DNA of 64,000 bases from Longimicrobiales bacterium (lineage in GTDB: Bacteria > Gemmatimonadota > Gemmatimonadetes > Longimicrobiales > Gaopeijiaceae), in the NCBI GenBank assembly GCA_965226375.1, contig CBDDCX010000008.1:320001-384000 (forward strand). Reading direction: 5' to 3'. The notes under the pieces were generated by a model. The model was not told where the DNA came from. It made no database searches and worked only from the letters and a program-made list of their open reading frames with translations. Shown one piece after another: positions 19,809-28,609 of this stretch (position 1 is its first letter; each line of letters begins with the position of its first letter). A program made the translations under genes and the position numbers.

Positions 19809-20691
19809 GTCCGGGGACAGGGCGGCTCTACCCTCTGACGATGATCTGCGAGGTCTGGCGGGTGGGGCGCTCGACGGTCTACGCGGCCCGAGATCGAGAA
19901 GAGAGCGACGGGCCGGCAGGGCTGAAGAAGCGCGGACCGAAGACGAAGCTGAGCGACGAGGAGTTGGTGGAGGAGATCCGACAGGTGCTGAAGGAGAGCG
20001 ACTTCCTGGGCGAAGGCCACCGGAAGGTCCGGGCCCGTCTGAGAGCCAAGGGGATCGGTGTGGGCAAGAACCGCGTGCTGCGGCTGATGCGGGAGAATGG
20101 GCTGCTGGCCCCCGTACGGCGCGGAAAGCACCCGCGTGGGGACCGGAGCCACAGCGGCCGGATCACGCGACGGATGTGCCGAACGAGCTGTGGGGTACGG
20201 ACGCGACGCGGTTCTACACGAAGGAGGATGGGTGGTGCTGGTTCTTCGTGGCGGTGGATCACTGCATCACAGACGTGGTGGGCTGGCACGTGGCGAAGAA
20301 GGGCGATCGGTGGGCAGCGCTCGAGCCGATCCGCCAGGGTGTACGAACCCACATGGACGGCTACGCGCCCAAGATCGCTCTGGGGCTCGGCCTACGGCAC
20401 GACTGGGGCCCTCAGTACACCGCCCATCAGTTCCAAGGAGAGCTGGCCTGGCTCGGGATCCGCTCGACGGCCTCGTACGTAGGAGAGCCGGAGTGCAACG
20501 GCGTCGCGGAACGCTTCATGCGGACGCTGAAGGAAGAGTGCCTGTACCTCCACGACTTCGAGAGCCTCGAGGAGGCCAGGCAGGAGATCGATGCGTTCAT
20601 CGAACGCTACAACCGCGGGTGGCTCCTGGAGCGGCACGGGTATCGGACCCCGGCCCAGGTCCGTCAGGAGCTCACCCTGAAGGCGGCATGA
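19805..20691 (+). pseudogene. IS3-family transposase OrfB (integrase core), frameshift near 20168
   Basis: GEGHRKVRARLR..GKNRVLRLMREN in one frame; PNELWGTD, VDH, RHDWGPQY, NGVAERFMRTLKEE in another. Confidence 0.85.
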
Positions 20692-21707
20692 TTAGGCCGC
20701 CGACTTGTCCAGGAAACCGGAACCGGTACAAGAGCAGCCTCGAAGTGCGTCGAGTCGAACCGTTTCGCGAAGCGTCAGCTGGTGGCGCCTCCTATCGTAC
20801 TGGCACGCCGGACGGTAGCCGAGCCGGCGTTTTTTACGCCAACGCCTATGACATCAAGGCACGTCCAATCTGGAATATGGAGTCGTTATTCCTGCACGAG
20901 GCGATTCCCGGCCATCATTTCCAGCGCTCCCTCCAGGTCGAAAATACGGACCTGCCAAGCTTCCGACGATTTGGCGGCAATTCGGCGTTCACCGAAGGTT
21001 GGGGTCTTTATGCCGAGATGCTCGGCAAGGAAATTGGCGTCTATACCGATCCGTATCAGTACTTTGGCCTCTTGAACGGCGAGCTCTGGCGCGCTATTCG
21101 CCTGGTCGTTGATACCGGCCTGCACACAAAAGGATGGACGCGACAGGACGTGCTCGACTACATGTACGCGAATTCGGCGGTAAAAGAATCGCGGGCCGTT
21201 CCTGAAGTCGGGCGTATCATCGCCAGCCCGGGTCAGGTCCTGGCATACAAGATTGGTCAGCTCAAGATCCGTGAACTGCGCGATGACGCGGAGGAGCGCC
21301 TGGGTGACCAATTTGACATCAAAGCATTCCACACCCAAGTGCTGATGGATGGCCCGATGCCGTTATCGATGCTTGAGGACAAGATCGACGACTGGGTGGA
21401 ATCACAACTGTAAAACGATTTCATGGCACGACTAAGGGGTCAACCCGAGTGTGCTGCAACTATTCAACGAATTGGAGGACAAAATGGCAGGAATTGCATT
21501 AAAGCAACCTATTGGAAAAGAGGTTCGTGTTGTCGATTCTAAGTGTGAATCAGGTGTTAGATGTGACATTCACGCTGTTAATGACAACCAAACGATTATC
21601 ACTGACGAACCGCTTGAGCGTGGTGGGACTGGGACCGCGTTTAGCGCCCCCGATTTCTCTGGACAGTAGATTGGCAAAGACAGCGGGTCCAGAGAGAAAG
21701 GGACGTG

Positions 21708-22067
21708 ATGGCCCAGAAGCCGAGGGAGAACAAGGCGACCGCAGGTCGTGAGAAGGTACCCGAGCGGTGGAGTGCCCAGCAGAAAACGGAGGTGGTGCTG
21801 CGCCTGCTACGGGGTGAGGACCTGGTGGAGGTCAGCCGCGAGGTACAGGTCTCACCGCCGGAGCTGGAGGAATGGCGGCGGGTGTTCCTGGAGACCGGTC
21901 AGCAGGGACTGAGACGCCGGGGCCGAGACCCTGGAGAACGGGAGCTGACCCGGACCCGGGCGAAGCTGGGAGAGTTGACGATGCGACTGGAGCTTGCGAG
22001 AGAACTCCTGGAAAAAAGGGGGTACGGGGACGAGCTGGAGAAGCTCTTGAAGCGCGGACGCGGGTGA
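21708..22067 (+). CDS. IS3-family transposase OrfA (copy 2)
   Basis: Identical translation to 19449-19808. Confidence 0.85.
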   Translation: MAQKPRENKATAGREKVPERWSAQQKTEVVLRLLRGEDLVEVSREVQVSPPELEEWRRVFLETGQQGLRRRGRDPGERELTRTRAKLGELTMRLELARELLEKRGYGDELEKLLKRGRG

Positions 22068-22950
22068 GTCCGGGGACAGGGCGGCTCTACCCTCTGACGA
22101 TGATCTGCGAGGTCTGGCGGGTGGGGCGCTCGACGGTCTACGCGGCCCGAGATCGAGAAGAGAGCGACGGGCCGGCAGGGCTGAAGAAGCGCGGACCGAA
22201 GACGAAGCTGAGCGACGAGGAGTTGGTGGAGGAGATCCGACAGGTGCTGAAGGAGAGCGACTTCCTGGGCGAAGGCCACCGGAAGGTCCGGGCCCGTCTG
22301 AGAGCCAAGGGGATCGGTGTGGGCAAGAACCGCGTGCTGCGGCTGATGCGGGAGAATGGGCTGCTGGCCCCCGTACGGCGCGGAAAGCACCCGCGTGGGG
22401 ACCGGAGCCACAGCGGCCGGATCACGCGACGGATGTGCCGAACGAGCTGTGGGGTACGGACGCGACGCGGTTCTACACGAAGGAGGATGGGTGGTGCTGG
22501 TTCTTCGTGGCGGTGGATCACTGCATCACAGACGTGGTGGGCTGGCACGTGGCGAAGAAGGGCGATCGGTGGGCAGCGCTCGAGCCGATCCGCCAGGGTG
22601 TACGAACCCACATGGACGGCTACGCGCCCAAGATCGCTCTGGGGCTCGGCCTACGGCACGACTGGGGCCCTCAGTACACCGCCCATCAGTTCCAAGGAGA
22701 GCTGGCCTGGCTCGGGATCCGCTCGACGGCCTCGTACGTAGGAGAGCCGGAGTGCAACGGCGTCGCGGAACGCTTCATGCGGACGCTGAAGGAAGAGTGC
22801 CTGTACCTCCACGACTTCGAGAGCCTCGAGGAGGCCAGGCAGGAGATCGATGCGTTCATCGAACGCTACAACCGCGGGTGGCTCCTGGAGCGGCACGGGT
22901 ATCGGACCCCGGCCCAGGTCCGTCAGGAGCTCACCCTGAAGGCGGCATGA
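22064..22950 (+). pseudogene. IS3-family transposase OrfB (copy 2), same frameshift near 22427
   Basis: Identical translation to 19805-20691. Confidence 0.85.
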
Positions 22951-23324
22951 TTAGGCCGCCGACTTGTCCAGGAAACCGGAACCGGTACACGCGGCCTCAC
23001 CATTGATGCACTTTGCCGCCTCGCTAGCAGCTTGCCAAACGGTTCAGGTTGTTAAGGTCGCCAAAGCAATGCGATTCAAGCACGGTGCCATCAACATTAA
23101 ATCCTCCACGACCACGGACAAAATCGCGTCGGTGGAAGGAGACGAGAAGGTAATGCGTTTCTGCGGGGCAGAACTGACTATCGATATTGAAACCAACGAA
23201 TCGCCGGAGAAATTGGAGCGACTGAAACGCTTGTCTGAGGATCGCTGTCCGGTGGGCAGAATCTTCACCGACGCGGGATACCCACCAACGGTAATTTGGA
23301 ATGTGCTCCCGCTCAAGGAATAAG

Positions 23325-23414
23325 GGCTCTTCAGCAGAATCTGTGGGTGACTTTGGGTGGGGGTAAGTCTCCAAGGGTATGATACAAGGCGATTTCGAGG
23401 GCTCGGAAGGTTCG
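23325..23414 (-). mobile_element. ISL3-family remnant (terminal end and last transposase codons)
   Basis: Encodes RTFRALEIALYHTLGDLPPPKVTHRFC*, resembling an ISL3 transposase C-terminus; ends in GGCTCTTC, an ISL3-like terminus. Confidence 0.7.
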
Positions 23415-23815
23415 ATCTGCGTCAACAATACCATTATCCAGGAACAACCGACGATCATTGGGATTTGTGAACCACACCCGCGTCGAGAAGCGGCAAGAAG
23501 TGCGGTACAAGCGACTCACCATCCAAAACAACATCCGTTGAGAGCGCGAATGCTGTTCACCGAACGCTCGGCCTAGCCCCCGGATGGCGACGAGTACCGT
23601 CGGGACGCCGGCGAGGCGGGACGCGACCGAGGCAAGAATGTTGGACTTGGTGGTGAAAGTGATCACGACGTCGAACCGGTGTCGACGTGCGGCTCGGAAG
23701 ACGCGGAAAGCATAGAGCAGGTCCAAGCGGGCTGCATGAACCGATCCATGGGAGTATCGATCACTTCAGCTGGCAGAGCTCGCAACTCCTCGTCGAAATC
23801 ACCAACCTCGCACAG
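23415..23815 (-). pseudogene. Glycosyltransferase family 4 N-terminal fragment
   Basis: GDFDEELRAL..(shift)..FDVVITFTTKSNILAS.ASRLAGVP..IRGLGRAF...VWFTNPNDRRLF (CapM/PglA-like); truncated by the ISL3 tail. Confidence 0.72.
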
Positions 23816-23861
23816 GATGGATGACCGGAATCCACCATTTTGGGAAAGGATCTGACTGAAT

Positions 23862-24380
23862 CGTTCGCGAAGGATGAACGACTACGTCCATCAGCGACAA
23901 GAGCGCAGGGGCGTCCTCATGCCATCCCGTGAATACGACGCGATCGGACAGCCCGGCTTCCGCCACCTGACGCCTCAGGTTGTCCGCGTATTCCGATACG
24001 CGTCGAGAATGGGATCTCCAATGATCAACAGCCTAGCCTCCGCGTGCGCTGCCGCCACTCGACGAACAAATGCTGCTATCAAGTGATGGACGCCTTAGGG
24101 AGGATACAATTGACCGAGGTAGGCAAAGTTCAGCTGCCCCTCAGAAATCTCGAATTCGGTCTTGAGAGCCGAATGATCCGAGGCCAGAGTCCCGTCTACC
24201 TCGGAGATGTCCAGGCTGATCTCGAGAATGTCGATTCTCTGACCAAGAGTGCGTACCAGCCTGCGATACCGATCGTCGCGGTTCGAGCAGCTGAAGAAAA
24301 GGGTCCGATCAGCCCACAGGAGCCCGATCCGATCGAGCAGAGGTTTTGTGGCCGTCAGTAAGACACGGGATAGGCCGGCA
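23862..24380 (-). pseudogene. Second glycosyltransferase family 4 fragment with nonsense codon and frameshift
   Basis: Manual translation: NFAYLGQLYPP*GVHHLIAAF...ARLLIIGD..(shift)..EAGLSDRVVFTGWHEDAPALLSLMDVVVHPSRT; the TAA at 24097-24095 replaces the conserved Lys of the KG motif. Confidence 0.75.
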
Positions 24381-24409
24381 ACAAATTCGCCGACCTTTTA
24401 TCGCCCCCG

Positions 24410-25648
24410 CTAGCGAGACTCAGCGGCGACCGCCTCGACCTCGCGCCAGACTCGCAGCAGATTGCCGCCCCAGAGCTTCTCGATGTCGTCTCGGCTGTAG
24501 CCCCTGCGCACCAACTCCAGTGTGACGTTCAATGTCTCGCTGGCGTCGAACCAATCGACAATGCCACCGCCACCGTCGAAGTCTGAGCTCAGCCCCACGT
24601 GATCGATGCCGATCAGGTCGACCGCGTGGTCCACATGATCGATGAAATCACCGACGTCGGCGTAGCCGATCTCACGGAGACGGGTCATGATCTCGCCGCG
24701 CTCATCGGCGTGGAGCGAGAGCGCATCTCTGAGTCGCTCCAGCCCGAAATCCGCCAGTAGCTCAGAGGTCGCCTCCTGTTGCTCCGGCGTTAGGGCCTTA
24801 ACGAAGACAGCAAGGGCCGTGGCCTGCGTGACCCCGCCGTTATTCTTGAGCGCGAGTAGTGTCTCGTCGTCCATGTTGCGGAAATGGTCCCTGACTGCGC
24901 GTGTGTTGGAGTGGGATGCGATAACAGGTGCGCGGGAGAGTCGTATCGCGTCGAGCGCCGCGGCCTTTGAGACGTGAGAGACATCGACCATGATGCCGAG
25001 CCGATTCATTTCGGCAATGACTCGTTCTCCAAACGCGCTGATCCCGTCATGCTCCGATTCTTCGTCCCCGAACTCGGGGCGCGGCCGTGAGGAATCGGAG
25101 ATGTCGTTGTGTCCGCCGTGGGACAGCGTGATGTAGCGGGCACCGAGTTCGTGGTAGCGCTGGAGGAGCGAGAGATCATTACCAATGACGTACCCGTTCT
25201 CGATGCCGATGGCGGCGACGAGCTTACCGGAAGAGTGGATGCGTGCGACGTCGTCAGCGGAGTAGGCCAACTCGATGAGATCCGGATACATCTCGTCCAC
25301 CATGCGGTGGATCGCATCGAACTTCGTCATTGCATCGGTTTTCGCTTGCGCGTAGTTCTCCGGCGTCCGTTCAGTCTGACCCACAAAAACGATAAAAAAC
25401 CCGACGTCGAGTCCACCCGCACGCATCTTTTCGAGATTGACCTGGCGGACACCGTTCAGCGGATCGACGGACTCGGTCGCGAAGTCGAACGAGATATCGT
25501 CGTGACTGTCGATGGTGATCACCGCGTCGTGAATGACCTCGCCGGTGGCGCGGAGATCGGCCTCCGACATCTGAGCGGGATCTGTGTCGGCGCACCCGAT
25601 CATCGCCAGCAAGAGGATTACGCAGAGCGGTATGGAACGTGGTTTCAT
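24410..25648 (-). CDS. Membrane dipeptidase (peptidase M19) lipoprotein
   Basis: Lipobox AMIGC, IDSHDD, IGIENG, RYITLSH, EMNRLGIMVDVSH, IASHS, GLSSDFDGGG, GGNLLRV. Confidence 0.92.
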   Translation of the reverse strand: MKPRSIPLCVILLLAMIGCADTDPAQMSEADLRATGEVIHDAVITIDSHDDISFDFATESVDPLNGVRQVNLEKMRAGGLDVGFFIVFVGQTERTPENYAQAKTDAMTKFDAIHRMVDEMYPDLIELAYSADDVARIHSSGKLVAAIGIENGYVIGNDLSLLQRYHELGARYITLSHGGHNDISDSSRPRPEFGDEESEHDGISAFGERVIAEMNRLGIMVDVSHVSKAAALDAIRLSRAPVIASHSNTRAVRDHFRNMDDETLLALKNNGGVTQATALAVFVKALTPEQQEATSELLADFGLERLRDALSLHADERGEIMTRLREIGYADVGDFIDHVDHAVDLIGIDHVGLSSDFDGGGGIVDWFDASETLNVTLELVRRGYSRDDIEKLWGGNLLRVWREVEAVAAESR

Positions 25649-25692
25649 TTCGACCCCCTCAGGGTTGTCGGGTCTGGGCTTAGCCGGCTGTG

Positions 25693-25885
25693 TTATCGGG
25701 CGGTCTCCGTCCCGGCTCCGTAGGCCTCCATCAATTTTGCATCCACCCCTTCTGCGAGTACCCGCATGATTCCGGCGGGCGGCGCACGGTGTCGCAGCGC
25801 CTGGACCATGTACTTCATTGCCGGGTCGATGCGATTGAAGAACGTGCGGTAGCCTTCGCATAGGTAGTTCAGACCGGCTTCGAAC
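25693..25885 (-). pseudogene. C-terminal remnant of an anaerobic sulfatase-maturating radical SAM enzyme
   Basis: EAGLNYLCEGYRTFFNRIDPAMKYMVQALR..APPAGIM matches the end of the anSME SPASM domain; the radical SAM core is absent. Confidence 0.68.
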
Positions 25886-26098
25886 CAGTTCACGACGACG
25901 ACCGGGCCGATGCCCTGTAGCACCCGGTCCGGCACATCTTACATCTTCTGGAGAAGGTATTTCAACCGCTCCAACCGGTGGGGCCCGTTATGAGCCACAG
26001 CCCGTCGCTGGCGTAGCTGCGCCCAAGCATCGAGAATGAAAGACCGACGAGCTTTAGTACTGCCAGTCGAACGTCCGATTGTCTACTTGGGAGGCAAT

Positions 26099-27214
26099 AT
26101 GTCATCGTCACGATTCCGAGCGTCCGTGCTTCTCACCTGCACAACCGCTCTGTTCGCGGGGTGTGCCCCGTCCGAAGCCCCGGCCATATCGGGCAACCCG
26201 ATCACCGGCGAGGGCCTACCGAACCCGAACCCGACGGTGACGGCGAACTGGGGGAACCTTCCCGAAGGAAGAGAGTGGGGGACGACCGCGGGTATAGACA
26301 TCGACCCGTTCGACGGGCACATCTGGGCTTATGAGCGGTGCGGTGCCGGCAACCTCAGTGGGGGTCGGGTCAACTGCGAGACAAACCCGGTCGACCCGAT
26401 ATTCAAGTTCGACCGCAATACCGGTGAGGTCCTCGCCAACTTCGGGGCAGGGCTGTTCGTCACGCCGCACGGCATCCACGTGGACAGCGACGGCAACGTG
26501 TGGGTGACCGACTACGCCGGAAACCAGGCCGGGACCAAGGGGCATCAGGTCTTCAAGTTCAGCCCCTCAGGTGAGGTGCTGCTGACGCTCGGCACGGCTG
26601 GGCAGCCGGGAAGCGGGCCGAACCAGCTGAATCAACCCAACGACGTGATTACGGCGCCGGATGGCAGCATCTTCGTCGCGGACGGGCACAGTGGCCAGAA
26701 CGACAACCCGCCGGAGGGCGCGACCGCGCGTATCATTAAGTACGCATCAGACGGCACCCACATCACGGAGTGGGGGCAGATCGGCCCGCGACACGGTGAT
26801 TTCCGGACGCCGCACTCGTTGGCATTCGATTCCCAAGGTCGCCTGTTCGTTGCTGATCGCGGCAACCACCGCATCGAGATCTTCGATCCGGATGGCAACT
26901 ACCTCGACTCGCGGTATATGTACGGGCGCATAAGCGGCATCGTCATCACCGCGGACGACATGCTTTATGCGATCGACTCGGAATCCAGCCCGACGCGCCA
27001 CCCCAACTGGCGTAACGGTGTCCGCATCGGGCACGTCGACGAGGACCTGGTCACCGGCTTCATCCCCCCCTTCGAGAGGGAAGACAGGGTCTATCAGGGA
27101 GCCGCAGGTGAGGGCATCGCCGTCGACGCGGACGGAAACGTGTACGCCGCCGAAGGGCCGAACTCACTGCGTTGGGCCGGTGGCGCGTTTACGAAATACG
27201 GCGTCGGCCGGTGA
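26099..27214 (+). CDS. NHL-repeat lipoprotein (peptidyl-alpha-hydroxyglycine alpha-amidating lyase-like)
   Basis: Lipobox LFAGC; PHGIHVDSDGNVWVTD, NQPNDV..APDGSIFVADG, PHSLAFDSQGRLFVADRGNHRI. Confidence 0.87.
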   Translation: MSSSRFRASVLLTCTTALFAGCAPSEAPAISGNPITGEGLPNPNPTVTANWGNLPEGREWGTTAGIDIDPFDGHIWAYERCGAGNLSGGRVNCETNPVDPIFKFDRNTGEVLANFGAGLFVTPHGIHVDSDGNVWVTDYAGNQAGTKGHQVFKFSPSGEVLLTLGTAGQPGSGPNQLNQPNDVITAPDGSIFVADGHSGQNDNPPEGATARIIKYASDGTHITEWGQIGPRHGDFRTPHSLAFDSQGRLFVADRGNHRIEIFDPDGNYLDSRYMYGRISGIVITADDMLYAIDSESSPTRHPNWRNGVRIGHVDEDLVTGFIPPFEREDRVYQGAAGEGIAVDADGNVYAAEGPNSLRWAGGAFTKYGVGR

Positions 27215-27223
27215 GTCGCGCGA

Positions 27224-28558
27224 TCATTCCCTGGTAGCACGCTGCGGCCGCCGCCTCGGGTTGTTCATCGTCCTCGGGGTGTCCCACTCGAAGCGGTCGT
27301 CTCGCTTGTAGACCTTGCCGTCCTTCATGACGAAGTGGACTTCTCGCAGCGCGGCCACGTCACTCAGTGGATCGTCATTCACGGCGATGATGTCGGCCGC
27401 CAGGCCCGCCTTGAGAATGCCGCTGTTCACTCCGAGCAGGTCGGCGGAGTTCATCGTGAGCATCTGTAGGATGTACGAGGACGGGATGTCTGCATCCTTG
27501 TAGCTGTCCAGGAACTCCAGCGTGAGCTCCCCGCGGGTCCACCCGTCCCGGATGTAGACCACGTCGGTGCCGAACGCGATGGGCGTGCCGATGGAGTACG
27601 CGCGACGAATCCGATCGAGGCTTCTCGCATAACTCTCCGGGTTCCGCCGTGAAGCGGGGAAGTCGGTGCCGACCAGATACGTGCCCCGCTCGGCCATGAG
27701 GCGGAGCGTCTCGTCGCTCGGCCTGGAGCCGTGCTCGATGGACGCGACCCCGGCGAGGGTGGCGTTGCGGATGCCCTCGTCGCTGGTAGCGTGTGTCATG
27801 ATCTTGATGCCTACGTCACCGGCCTCCTCGACGGCCGCCCGGATGTCGTCCTCGGAGTAGAAGTAGGGCTGGTTGTCGACGATGAGCTTTATGAACGTGG
27901 CGCCGTAGTGGATGTTCTCCCGGATCGCCTTGCGGATCTCGTCTCGGGTGTCCGCATAGGTATACTCGGGGTTGCCGAGGCCGGGCTTCTCCGGCTGCAT
28001 CTGAAACTGGCCGCCGAAGGGTGCGATCATGATGCCCGCGGCCTTCATGTTGGGCCCCGGAATCCAGCCGCCCTCGATGGCTCGTCTGAGAGTCACGTCT
28101 CCGTAGAGCCCGTTATTACCTGCGTCGCGAACCCACGTAAAGCCGGTCTCCAGCATGTTGCGGGCTTGCATGGTTCCCTGCGCCACACGGAAGGCCGTGG
28201 TCTCGATCAGGCTTGTGTAGTAGTAGGAGCCGTAGTCGTTGATGTCGGCACCGGGCATTTCGGTGAGGGCCAGATGGGTATGCACGTCCATCATCCCGGG
28301 CAGGACGTACGAGTCCGAGAGGTCGATCACCTCGGCCCCCGAGGGGATGCCGACGTTCGGCCCGACCTCCTGGATGATGCCGTCCTGGACCAGGATAATC
28401 TGGTTCGCGACCACCTGGCCGTTCTCCACGTCGATCATGTTGCCGGCACGGATGGCGATGGTCTGGGCTGAAGCCGAGACGACTGGTCCGAAGAGGAGAA
28501 GGAAGAGGCCGCACGCGGCCGTGTGAAACGAAGCGAGGTCCAAGCGCACTCGACTCAT
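27224..28558 (-). CDS. Exported amidohydrolase family protein (Xaa-Pro dipeptidase-like)
   Basis: Signal peptide; LPGMMDVHTH, GFTWVRDAG, FIKL, THA, SIEHG, IAFGTD. Confidence 0.9.
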   Translation of the reverse strand: MSRVRLDLASFHTAACGLFLLLFGPVVSASAQTIAIRAGNMIDVENGQVVANQIILVQDGIIQEVGPNVGIPSGAEVIDLSDSYVLPGMMDVHTHLALTEMPGADINDYGSYYYTSLIETTAFRVAQGTMQARNMLETGFTWVRDAGNNGLYGDVTLRRAIEGGWIPGPNMKAAGIMIAPFGGQFQMQPEKPGLGNPEYTYADTRDEIRKAIRENIHYGATFIKLIVDNQPYFYSEDDIRAAVEEAGDVGIKIMTHATSDEGIRNATLAGVASIEHGSRPSDETLRLMAERGTYLVGTDFPASRRNPESYARSLDRIRRAYSIGTPIAFGTDVVYIRDGWTRGELTLEFLDSYKDADIPSSYILQMLTMNSADLLGVNSGILKAGLAADIIAVNDDPLSDVAALREVHFVMKDGKVYKRDDRFEWDTPRTMNNPRRRPQRATRE

Positions 28559-28609
28559 GAGATGTCCTCCGGTGGAGGGTTGATGCACGGCTGGGGTAGG
28601 TGATCCACC

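Larger units (their letters stand above)
19381..20730 (+). mobile_element. IS3-family insertion sequence, copy 1 (1350 bp)
   Basis: Imperfect IRs TTTAGCGCCCCCGATTTCTCTGGACA / rc TGTACCGGTTCCGGTTTCCTGGACA; 4-bp TSD AGAG (19377-19380, 20731-20734); orfA HTH plus orfB DDE integrase core. Confidence 0.93.
16831..21413 (+). pseudogene. Arylsulfate sulfotransferase (ASST) - DUF885 fusion lipoprotein; frameshift near 16943, interrupted by an IS3-family element
   Basis: Signal/lipobox LLMAC from ATG 16831. ASST motifs HHD, WEWHAWDH, HSNAI.YN, LYRWGNP, GQHD, FNN. Then DUF885 (YDDWLSR, IHQIGLDEVARI, and after the IS HEAIPGHHFQ, EGWGLYAE, RLVVDTGLH). Removing the IS restores VFPKSSLEVRR in frame. Confidence 0.85.
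21640..22989 (+). mobile_element. IS3-family insertion sequence, copy 2 (1350 bp, apparently identical to copy 1)
   Basis: Same ends and identical ORF translations at offset 2259; own 4-bp TSD CGCG (21636-21639, 22990-22993). Confidence 0.93.
21484..23323 (+). pseudogene. OsmC family protein interrupted by an IS3-family element
   Basis: RBS GGAGG then ATG 21484. Removing the IS gives IITDEPLERGGTGTAASPLMHFAASLAACQ...RCPVG, with the OsmC DEP..GG motif and two Cys. Confidence 0.87.

Noticed and set aside
20097..21413. 438-aa ORF as an independent gene
   Set aside because: Chimera of an off-frame IS reading and the DUF885 C-terminal half.
19381..22989. Composite transposon formed by the two IS3 copies
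   Set aside because: The outer flanks differ (AGAG versus CGCG); each IS has its own TSD, and the enclosed DNA is just the broken ends of two resident genes.
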